Positions 1-10,322 of a stretch of DNA of 34,698 nt are shown here, in pieces. Location of the stretch: positions 1-34,698 of the forward strand of contig JAUCBJ010005534.1 of the NCBI GenBank assembly GCA_032718475.1, written 5' to 3'. The notes beneath the pieces were generated by a model. The model had not been told where the DNA came from, searched no databases, and saw only the letters and a list, made by a program, of their open reading frames with translations. Position numbers and translations under genes: made by a program. Origin of the DNA: Nemertoderma westbladi (Eukaryota; Animalia; Xenacoelomorpha). How positions within the stretch are numbered: position 1 is the stretch's first letter; every line of letters begins with the position of its first letter.

Positions 1-387
1 TACGCTTTATACTTTAATCATAAGCAGTATCGTTGCGTTTAGTATAAGTCTTAGTTCTGTTTAAATAGATAAAGCGCCACGTCCTAAAGGAACTGTTAAT
101 ATTTCCCGAAAGCCAATAATATCTGTCAGAGATTAATTATTAACGATCTATCGAATAATACATTAGGTATACACTGCAACCTTACACTGTAATAATACAA
201 TTCAAGCATCCGAATTCAGTCTCCCGGGTGTAGATCCATCGGGTGAATGATCGCGCATGGGCTGACTTCGGCTAGTGTTTTGCGTATTAGCATAAATTAT
301 TGTCGTATGCTAAAGTGGTTTTAATTAACTAAAAGACATATAAATTTTGGCAGGTTAAACTGCTAAAGGTCTTCAAAAGCGCGAACA
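1..387 (+). mobile_element. 3' part of an LTR (copy 1), truncated by the window edge
   Basis: Colinear with 2695..3053 and the reverse complement of 5208..5570. Shares AAAGCGCCACGTCCTAAAGGAACTGTTAATATT and ends AAAGCGCGAACA. Confidence 0.85.
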
Positions 388-1688
388 GTCAGTTCAAAGA
401 TCGCGCGCTGACCAAGCTCAGTCTTAGAGACTCAGCTGCGGAGAAACTGAGTAGCGCTGGATTTGCCGTGTTTCAAGACGTTTGTATACAGAACTCACAT
501 TCATCTGTTATACAAAGACCCCGAATACCTACAGGTTATTCTGTCGTGGAAATACAGACAGTGGGTCCACTTACGGAAACCGACGCACCAACTTCGTCTA
601 TGCAGCTGGAGGATGAACCAGTATGCTTGGAATCCGAAGCGATTCAACCTACGGCTTCTCGGAGCAGTGACAATGATTATGTCATAGAGTGGTATCAAGG
701 TCCACAGCGTCTCACAGCGTACGATTATCGACACGCCAACTACGTTTCCCGAAAACGTTGTCGATTATGCGCATCGAGAGACCACTTCACTCCTCTCGAC
801 TCGAGCGTACCTTGTTCCTATTTCCTCGAACAACCGATGATGGAAATATATTGTGCTTATTGCCGGCTTAATAACTCTCATATATTTGCCGTCTGCCCAC
901 AGTTTATGACTCAATGTCACTACTGCCAACTTAAAGGACACGAAAGTTACAATTGTCCCTTTAATCGCGATTTAGAGAGCGTAGACGAGATGATCACCCT
1001 GCGATACATCCGAGCTTGGGAAGCGAACGCAGATTTACATTGCGAATCCAGACATCGCTATTGCCCTGGACGAGCTTACGAGGGAGTTTACGCGTTCCAT
1101 CCTTATCTATTCGCGTCGATTGAACAGAAAACACGCGTACCAAGTTACGAGTTAATGAAGCGTGTTGGTGAGTGTATTTCCACCAAGTTTGTCAGGAAAT
1201 ACCTGAGAAACGTTAATCCTAATGATATAACCACATATCACCTGATCAATTATATCCGTCAGGACCCTGAGTATGGCGACATTTTCGTGAACTCGCATCC
1301 TGAACTCCAGGAAGTATCTCGGCGCCCATATGAATACCGAACCCGAGAACGCGAGCTGGAGAGAACCATTAAACCGAGAAAGTTCCTCACCACTCACGGT
1401 CCACCCACCGCTAGTGTCCAGACGACCCGTCAAGGACCCGTAGGAGCTGCTGTCCTGAGACGCGCTCTAAAGGCCGTTAGACCTCACTCCACTGAGGTTG
1501 ATATTAATCAACCAGGTACCTCGACCGGCGGGTATACCGATCGTAACCCTGCACCTTCTGATGCAATTATATTGCACCCTTCGCCTAGGAGCTACAGCCC
1601 ACCTCGTAAAGTGGCTCGCCCCAAAGAGAAAAGGACTCTTGCTAGCCTCCAGAAACTGCGTAAACGCCGTCCGCGCAAGAAAGACTAA
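388..1688 (+). CDS. LTR-retrotransposon ORF with three CCHC zinc knuckles and a basic C-terminal tail (start uncertain: GTG 468, first ATG 600, frame open back to the LTR junction)
   Basis: 406-aa uninterrupted ORF with CRLCASRDH-x9-C, CAYCRLNNSHIFAVC and CHYCQLKGHESYNC. Ends RKVARPKEKRTLASLQKLRKRRPRKKD and stops ~70 bp before a PPT and LTR. Confidence 0.7.
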
Positions 1689-1758
1689 CTGTTTAGAGTA
1701 TTTTTATATTTTAGAAACTGTGATTTTGTATATTTTATAGACTTAAATCCCATTTTCT

Positions 1759-1766
1759 GGGAGCGG
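1759..1766 (+). other. Polypurine tract (plus-strand primer) of the LTR element
   Basis: GGGAGCGG directly abuts the TGT start of the LTR at 1767. Confidence 0.55.
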
Positions 1767-3053
1767 TGTAAAAGCTTTTGTGGGATAACTGATTCGTTTG
1801 CCTTGTTGGCCAGTTCCCCCCCAGTCGCTAAGAATACTCTCAAAGTGATCTACAGCTAAAAATAGTGCAAGTTACCAGCTTATTGGCTGATTTGCTGTAC
1901 GCAGGCATCTGGGCTCTGTTTAATCGGCCAACAAGCCTAGGGAGGTTGCGTCATAGCCTTGTTTTGTATCTCCCAATAGAATTTGAGTTATCCTTGATGT
2001 TGACCTATCACAGAGTACTGAACTGAAAATTTCCTATCTCACTGCTCTTTCTCTGTGTTGAACGGGAGCTTCGTGGAATAAGGGAGTTGGTATCCTCGTA
2101 TAGAGCAGTAGTCACGAGTTTTTCAAAGCCACGAAAGAACGGCTTTGTAGTGTTTTATGCTTTCTGCTTTTTAGCTCAACACTAGGAGGTTTAATTATAA
2201 GGACATATATCCTTTAACTGACTGATGATCAAACAAAACTGACCTGGCTGCAATTACGCATTTAACTCGCATTTGACGCACCTGACTGATGATCAAACAA
2301 AACTGACCTGGCGGCTGACCAAACGCACCTGATGACTGATTGATTGTCTTAACTCAAAACAACTGGCCCGATTGATCTGTCAATACTGTACTGCTATTTG
2401 TTATCGGTTATTCATTATATTTGTTGATGAATTATTATATTGGAATAACGAGAAATAACCCCAACACCCAATATTCTTGATATACCGAAGGTAAGAGAGA
2501 AAGGTTACCAATAACGATTGTGACTTATGTTAAAGTGGTTTGGAGTGAATCTAATGTTATTTGATAGACCCTACATGAGTCAGTCCGTGTTCCTTTTATA
2601 TGTGATTAAAATCAGTGAAGATTGGCAGATTAGTGTGCAGTATTGTGCAGCATTGCGTATGAGCGAGTCTGTTAAAGAAGCAATTCCTAAAGAATGCGCC
2701 ATATATGTTAATTATAATTAAGCCATATCGTTGTGAGTAGTTTAAGTCATAACTCTGTTTATATAGATAAAGCGCCACGTCCTAAAGGAACTGTTAATAT
2801 TCCCGAAGGTGAATAATATTGTCAGAGATAATATAATACTGTCAGTCGAATAATACATTAGGCTTACATAGCAACAAAATTAAACCGTCGAACCCAATCT
2901 CCCGGGAATATCCAGCGGGTGAATGGTCGCGCACGGATTGGTTTCGACTAGTGTAGTGAATCAAATACTTGTCATAGGCTAAAAAGCGATTTAATATCTA
3001 GAAGACATCTTAATTTGGCGGGTTAAACTGCCAAAGGTCTGAAAGCGCGAACA
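1767..3053 (+). mobile_element. Complete 1287-bp 3' LTR (copy 2), possibly BEL/Pao or Gypsy type
   Basis: TGTAAAAGCTTTTG...AAAGCGCGAACA. Both termini are shared with copy 3. Preceded by a PPT, and LINE sequence begins immediately after CA. Confidence 0.85.
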
Positions 3054-4010
3054 TCTTCTTTATAGCGAACATATTTCTTATATCTATAGTCGAGCAAAGA
3101 AAATTTGCTGCCAAATACGACGATCCTTCAAACATAGGAGTGCTAAATTTCAATTCGAGTTGTTTACTGTGTACGCAAGGTCTGTTCTAGAACATAATAG
3201 CCCAATCTGGAGCCCTACTCTCAATGGTGATATTATCAAATTAGAACGAGTCCAGCGTGACTTTACACGCTATTTACCTGGTTTACAAGGTTTGAGCTAC
3301 GCTGCGAGACTGGAGTTGCTGAAGACCCGATCACTTGAAGAACGGCGTATTTACCTCGATTTGGTCGAAATGTTCAAAATATTAAGTGGTCGTAGCCCGT
3401 TTAGCAACCATAATCTGTTTCAGCTCAACAACAATGGTAGAACCAGGGGCCATTCCATGAAACTGTTAACTCCTCATTCAAATAGCCGTCTGCATCAGGT
3501 ACACTTCACTATAAGAAATATTCCGGTGTGGAATTCGCTTCCATCAGCAGTTGTGACAGCACCCTCTTTGTGTTGCTTCCGTTCCCGCCTCAATGATGTC
3601 AGTTTGCTGATTCACTGTAAAGGGTCCTGGAAAGATTCAATGAATACAACCCACTTTGACTGTCTTGGGAATCCGTTATGGTTATCATGATAACGATAAT
3701 CATATTATAATATTATTATGATCTTTAAATATATATTTTAAAACCTATACAGTATGTATAAATAGTATTTTATCTTATTTTATATGTAGAGTCCTTTAAT
3801 AAACCTTTTTACTTACAGTGGTGCCTTGAATGGGCACGGCTGAGTGTTAATATAATATCATGTCTTCTATGTTTTACTTATCTTGATTGTGCATTTTAAT
3901 GATATTTAAATTTTAATCTTGTTTTGCCATTATATAACAATTTCAATTTCAGGCCTATTTCGACAACTTCGGTTGGTCACAGTAAGTATGGGATAATAAT
4001 AACAATAAGA
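3054..4010 (+). mobile_element. 3' end of a CR1-clade LINE (ORF2 C-terminus 3055..3690 plus 3' UTR), interrupted by the LTR element
   Basis: Motifs RSVLEHNSPIWSP, LERVQRDFTR, LSYAARLELL, SLEERR, RTRGHSMKL and VWNSLP are typical of the CR1 post-RT domain. AAT-repeat tail near 3993..4008. Confidence 0.9.
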
Positions 4011-4399
4011 ATCCATAAAAACCTTCTGAAATTTTTTGAAAAACGTGGACAGAGCTGCTATAAATGTGCAAATCAATCTGATTGTCCATTGTCTATGTTT
4101 TCTGTGTCCAGTCCAACTTTTTCAAACACCCGCAGTACGGTACCGGTACTATTTCAGTATTTACTTATCAGGAAGGCCCAGGACAACTGAAGTCAGTTAT
4201 ATTGAAGTCACATTCTGGCGATAAGGCAGCACAAACTAAATTCCTCCGAATAACGGGAAGGGGATAAAATGGAAAATAAATAAATATTATAGTATACCAG
4301 TATGGCATACATTTGTTATTTTTATTCGTTAATATTTTCACTCGCTAAAACATATTTATTGCGCGTGAAAAATACCTTAATTGCGCATGAAAAATCCAT

Positions 4400-4755
4400 T
4401 ATTTACACGTTAAAAATGTATTTATTTACGTGTTAAAAATATATTTATTATGCGTTAAAAATACATTTATTACACGTTAAAAATGTATATATTACGCGTT
4501 AAAAATGTATTTATTACGCATTAAAAACAATTATTGCGCGTTAAAAATAAATTTATTACGCTTTAAAAATGTATTTATTACGTGTTAAAAATACATTTAT
4601 TACGCGTTAAAAACAATTATTACGCGTTAAAAATAAATTTATTACTCGTTAAAAATGTATTTATTACGCGTTAAAAACAATTATTACGCGTTAATAATGT
4701 ATTTATTACGCGTTAAAAACATTTATTACGCGTTAAAAACATTTATTACGCGTAA
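4400..4755. repeat. ~20-22 bp subterminal tandem repeat (TTTATTACGCGTTAAAAAYR) inside the left TIR
   Basis: Directly visible array. A shorter inverted array lies at ~7963..8105. Confidence 0.9.
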
Positions 4756-5079
4756 GGCATTGGTCAATCCCGACTAATTTATGCTCGTTAGCCATTGGTT
4801 AAAATTGGGAGGGAAATCAGTCTTTGTAATCTGGCAAGACAGCGTTCTACACACAACTAACAGTGTAGCAGTACTGCAGTAGGCTACTGGTGTACTGGAA
4901 TCTGAAACAGTTCTGCTGACTGCTAGGCTCTTCTGGTGGGGTACCGTACGTACACCGCGTACTCTGTACAGTAATGTGTTTGTACAGTAATGTAGGTTCT
5001 GAGGTTGGCCTCTCTTACTGGAATATCATGGAATTCTTCATAGAAATCGAACCCATAGTGGAAAAAACTAAAGATTTTC

Positions 5080-6454
5080 CGTGGGTCGGCCTATGTCAGT
5101 ATGTTACGAATTGAAAAATCAACTCTGGTGTTTCTAAGAAATTCAGGTTTTACCTGGAAACAGATTGCTACTGTGTTGGGTGTAAGTCAGTCCACCTGTA
5201 AGTCAAATGTTCGCGCTTTTAGACCTTTAGCAGTTTAACCTGCCAATTTTAGTTGTCCTCTTGTTTATAAATCGACTTTAGCCTATATCGATTATTTAGT
5301 GTACTGAAGTTACATTAGCCGAAGCCAGTCTGTGCGCGATCATTCACCCACAGTTAAGGGAGACTGGATTCGGGTGCTTTGAAAGTTATTGCAATGTAGA
5401 CCTACGGTATTATTCGATTGATCGTTACTATATAATCTCTGACAATATTATTCACTTTCGGGGAAATATTAACAGTTCCTTTAGGACGTGGCGCTTTAAG
5501 TATAAAAACAGAGTTATGACTTATACTAATCACAACGAGATGGCCACAGAGTTTCGTAAATAGCGCATTCTTTAGGAGATGCTTTATTATCTGTCACACG
5601 ACTTCACAGTACTTCACACTACTTCGCACTGATCTGCCGACCGTCACTGAATTTGATCATTAGGGATTATGAAATAGCATTTAATTCACACAAAAACCAC
5701 TATAATGTAAGTCGCAATTGCTACCGGTAACCTGTTCCTCTTACCTTCAGTAATCAAGAAGATTGGGGGTTTTATGATTATTTATCGGTATTCTCCAAAT
5801 ATAACAACATATCCATCAATATAACAACAATTAATAACAGACCGTAAACAGAAGTAAAATAATGCGGTGAACAGTCAGTATGTGTTACATAATGCAGTTA
5901 TGAAATGTGTATCCAAGTAAGGTAGTTGAATTGAATTGAGTATGATCAGGATAATAGATTTACGTTCCAATAATCAAAGCCATCTAATGTTTAGGCCAAA
6001 GTCTGAAACTTCCAAAAACAGAAGTACAGAAGATTCCAAGCCGATTCTGAGGCTCAGAAAGGTAAACAAAGACCGTAATGCATTGCGCGGGTTTCCATAG
6101 GCCCCTGTCCAACATAAAGTGAAAATCGCTCTGATTGGCTGAATAGGCAGAACATAGAGGTTCCACGTCTACAGGAAATCAGCTGACAGATTTCGTCATC
6201 TGAGCTCCAATCTTTTAGAGTATTATGCGCATTGCGGCAAAAATGACTTGTTATGTCCACAAAAGCACCTACACTGCGCATTGCGGGAAAAATGACATGT
6301 TATGTCCGCAAAAGCTTTTACAATAATGGTCCGTGTAAGACACTTTGAGTTACAGGGTCCGATGTCTGATGTTTCCGAGGATGACCTTAAACTACTAATA
6401 TCGCAGCTCCACTCTGAGTTCCCAAATGCGGGGTGTCGCATGATTAACGCTTTA
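5080..6454 (+). pseudogene. N-terminal HTH fragment of an IS3EU-type transposase, split by the solo LTR
   Basis: GRP...FLRNSGFTWKQIATVLGVSQST before 5208 continues as IMVRVRHFELQGPMSDVSEDDLKLLISQLHSEFPNAGCRMINAL after 6322. Confidence 0.75.
5208..6322 (-). mobile_element. Solo LTR (copy 3), 1115 bp
   Basis: Reverse complement begins TGTAAAAGCTTTTG and ends AAAAGCGCGAACA. Its 3' ~620 bp aligns with copy 2. No clean TSD. Confidence 0.85.
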
Positions 6455-7259
6455 GTAGCCCTGAAATATGTCGTTGCAAAAGTCTCTCACCGCCACTGAA
6501 GAAATACTAACTTATTTGCTTTATTTACTTATAAAACTAATTGCAAATATAAAACATCTAGTTAATAATGAAATTAACAAAACACAAAGTGACAATCATA
6601 ATTTTAGTTCAAAATTTAAAATATGTTTTATTAAAAAATTTCCGAAATTGCGTTCAATATAAATCAGTTATTTAATAATAACACAATTAATAATATTTAC
6701 TAATATTTACTATTAAAAGTAAATTTTGTATAATAAATTATTAAAATAGGAAATTTTCGGAAAAATGTCCAGGAAATTTCTGGAAATTTATTCGGGAAAT
6801 TTCCTTTCATTTCCTGACTCACATCCCTAGTAAGGCCATTTCTGGTAGGTACGGGGCACTACTAAAAAAATTAACAAATTTAATATTTAAACAAGGCAAT
6901 ATGAAAAACAATTTAACAGTTAAGTCTCTTAAGTCCAGTATATTGCATTCAGCATCGTCCAAAGCTAAGTCCAGACTCATAGTACGATTTAACGAACTGT
7001 GCAGTCATTTCTTCTTCCGAATTAATGTGCATACAGTAGGAAGAATTACTTGAAATGCACAAGTTGAGTAGGTGAGTCGACACTTACAGTTTTCAGAACA
7101 CTCCTTAATAATAACACTCAGTTTAACGTTAATAGTTGGCCTCTGAGATCCAAACATCCACATTAATATATCCTTCTTATTAAGAACAAAGACTTTGTGT
7201 TCTACAGTATATGTCTGGTATCTAATAACAAGAATACGTTACCCACCCAGTAAATGATA

Positions 7260-7779
7260 TCATCTTGTTTATCGTATCCATTCATCGTATCCGTTATCGC
7301 TCCATCCGATTCATGAATATTGCACTATCCCAGACTGTTGAGTCTTTTCTTAAAGTCTTTGGTTCAGTATCATTGAAATCTCGAATGATAATGAGTGGTT
7401 TACTAAAGCTGACGGTTTCTGGCCTCCCCCGTGGTGGACGTTGCCTCGTAGGCATTGAATGCCTAATCCTACCAGCAACACCTTGACGACCGGAAGCACC
7501 TGCTATACCAATTGATCTACCACTCATACCGGACAATGTCTGGAGAGGTCTACTGGCTGGATATGGCGAAAACGCCCTCTGAAGTTCAGTTAATAAACCT
7601 TATGGGCCTCCTGGGGAATCCGCCCTGTTGATAGTCCCACTGTTTCGGTTACCATTAACATTACTAATGGTTGTAGGCCTAGGCCTTTGTCTCGCCGCAC
7701 CAGGAACCCAATATCTATCCTGGGATCTCAAAGTAGACCCACATTCACACACATGTTCACATTCAGGTTCACCTTCCAT
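7260..7779 (-). pseudogene. Decayed second ORF of the IS3EU-like element, convergent with the transposase
   Basis: Minus-strand ATG just inside the right TIR: MEGEPECEHVCECGSTLRSQDRY. After disruption it reads ELQRAFSPY...SFSKPLIIIRDFNDTEPKTLRKD. Confidence 0.45.
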
Positions 7780-8970
7780 AATTCTGTAATGCAGTCAGCA
7801 GAATTGTTTCAGATTCCAGTACACCAGTAGCCTACTGCAGTTAGTACTGCTACACTGTTAGTTGTGTGTAGAACGCTGTCTTGCCAGATTACAAAGACTG
7901 ATTTCCCTCCCAATTTTGACCAATGGCTAACGAGCATAAATTAGTGGGGATTGACCAATGCCTTACGCGTAATAAATGTTTTTAACGCGTAATAAATACA
8001 TTTTTAACGCGTAATAATTGTTTTTAATGCGTAATAAATTTATTTTTAACGCGTAATAATTGTTTTTAATGCGTAAATAAATACATTTTTAACGTGTAAA
8101 TAATGGATTTTTCATGCGCAATTAAGGTATTTTTCACGCGCAATAAATATGTTTTAGCGAGTGAAAATATTAACGAATAAAAATAACAAATGTATGCCAT
8201 ATACCAGGACCAGGCTGCCAGGACGGGTGCTTAGATCGTGGCTTTTCCAGTTAACATTATTCCATTTTGTATAAAACAAGTGATGTGGTTGGAGAAACCT
8301 GCTAGGGGCTGCTACTAAGCAGCAACCAATCACGTTAATCCTGTTTAACACAGAGTCAATGAGAATGGAATATTGCTAACATGAAAAAGTTCAGGTTGAC
8401 ATTATTCCAAAGTAATCAGGTATTACAGCAATTACGCTGCTACCTGCTAGTGTTAGTCAGTTACAGTAGTAATCGAGTAAGCCATATAATATTATATGGT
8501 CTGATGGTACAATACCAGGCATAATACTGTATATGCACAGATGCAAGAAACAAAACGTATGTACTGTAGTTTAAGTGGATTAGTTTAATTACAATGATGT
8601 AAACTGTAAATGAAATATTTATAGTTAAGTCCGGTTTAGTAATAAACATACTGTACTTACTTATACAATATCTCATTGAAGTACTTGCCACGTAGTAATA
8701 TTCAATGTGGGCAAAATGCAAGGTCTCACATATCAGTTCATCACCCCGAAACTCGTGTTGCGTTTTATTCACACAACTTTTATGATTACCAACCACTTCC
8801 TGCAAACGGGGTGTAAATGATACGCCGTAACGACCCTGCAAACATTTTACGTTAATTACGCTAATCTAACGTTAGACTTTAGTCTGTTTTAGGTTAGAAA
8901 AATAAAGTTATAAAAATAACTTAGAACAAACGTTTTCTAACGTCTTATAATCGTTTAAAAACTACATATC

Positions 8971-9365
8971 TAAAATCAACTAAACCCAAACGTTAAACCG
9001 ACGTTCAATTTTAACATCAATTTTTAACGTTATTTTGAAACGTCTGAGATTGGTTAAATTTAATCATGAACAAAAATGACTAAACACAAACGTTAAACAG
9101 ACGTTGAATTTTAACATCAATTTTTAACGTTATTTTGAAACGTCTGACATTGGTTAAATTTAATCATGTACAAAAATCACTAAACCCAAACGTTAAACAA
9201 ACGTTGAATTTTAACATAGATTTTTAACGTTATTTTGAAACGTCTGACATTGGTTAAATTTAATCATGAACATAAATCACTAAACCCAATATTAAACAAA
9301 CGTTGAAATTTAACATCGATTTTTAATGTTAATTTAAAACGTCTGACATTGGTTAAATAGAATCA
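8971..9365. repeat. 100-bp tandem repeat, ~4 copies
   Basis: TAAACMCAAACGTTAAAC-like motif recurs at 8981, 9081, 9181 and 9281. Confidence 0.9.
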
Positions 9366-9469
9366 TTCTTGTATTAGAAAATTGTAATTTAATTTAGTCA
9401 CGTTAATATTTATTGCACCAGGTCCCCCGGAATATAGTGTTGTAATTCAGTGTCATGCAACTATCACTC

Positions 9470-10322
9470 AAGTTGTACCTTGTGGTCTTACTTTTGTACC
9501 TGGGGGGGAGGGGGTGTGGTCTTACTTTTTTCCCTGGGGGGGGGGGGGGGGGTCTTACTTTTGTACTAGGGGGTCTTACTTTTGTTTCAGGGGAGTCTTA
9601 CTTTTGTGCCAGGGGGGTCTTACTTTTGTACTTGGCGGGGTCTTACTTTTTGTACCTGGAGGGGTCATACTTGGACTTACTTTTGTATCTGGGGGTCTTA
9701 CACTACTTTTGTACCTAAGGGGGGGAGGTCTTACTTTTGTACCTGGACGTCTTACTTTTGTTCCAGGGGAGTCTTACCTTTGTACCTGGGCCACGTGGGT
9801 CTTACGTTTGTACCTGGTGGCCTTACGTTTGTACCAGGGGGTCTTAGTTTTGTACCAGGGGGTCTTACTTTTGTACCTTGGGGGGGGTCTTACGTTTGTA
9901 CCTGGGGGCCTTACGTTTGTACCAGGGGGTCTTACTTTTGTACCAGGGGGATTTACTTTTGTACCTTGGGGGGGGGGGGGGGGTTTTACGTTTGTACCTG
10001 GGGGGTCTTACTTTTGTACCTGGGGTGGGTCTTACTTTTGTACCAGGGGGATTTACTTTTGTACCAGGGCGGGGAAGGGGGGGTCTTACTTTTGTAGGGT
10101 CTTTGGTCTTAAGGTGTTGGGTCTTGGGTCTTAGGTCTTTATTTTGTACTCCCATAATATAACTACTGTAACTGCAGGTCTGGGGGTCTTACTTTTGTAG
10201 GGTCTTTGGTCTTAAGGTGTTGGGTCTTGGGTCTTAGATCTTTATTTTGTACTCCCATAATATAACTACTGTAACTGCAGGTCTTTATTTTGTACTCCCA
10301 TAATATAACTACTGTAACTGCA
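9470..10322. repeat. G-rich minisatellite (Gn-TCTTACTTTTGTACCW, ~21-23 bp) followed by ~100-bp and ~42-bp duplications
   Basis: Directly visible. It explains the overlapping low-complexity ORFs in the track. Confidence 0.95.

Larger units (their letters stand above)
4301..8201 (+). mobile_element. IS3EU-like DNA transposon, internally deleted and decayed
   Basis: TIRs 4301..4923 and 7791..8201 with TATGG...CCATA termini. 6-bp TSD TACCAG at 4295..4300 and 8202..8207. Contains an HTH transposase remnant. Confidence 0.85.

Noticed and set aside
205-275. HDV-like ribozyme (GGGTGAATG resembles the J4/2 strand)
   Set aside because: The catalytic C position is T in all three copies, and I could not build the P1/P1.1/P2/P3 nested pseudoknot.
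388-415. tRNA primer-binding site after LTR copy 1
   Set aside because: No TGG start. The sequence reads as in-frame coding.
2217-2340. Hammerhead ribozyme/retrozyme suggested by repeated CTGATGA in the LTR
   Set aside because: No stem II followed by GAAA, and the motif is not conserved in LTR copy 3. It is a local duplication.
9455-10162. Five overlapping ORFs up to 206 aa
   Set aside because: They are translations of a stop-free minisatellite in several frames.
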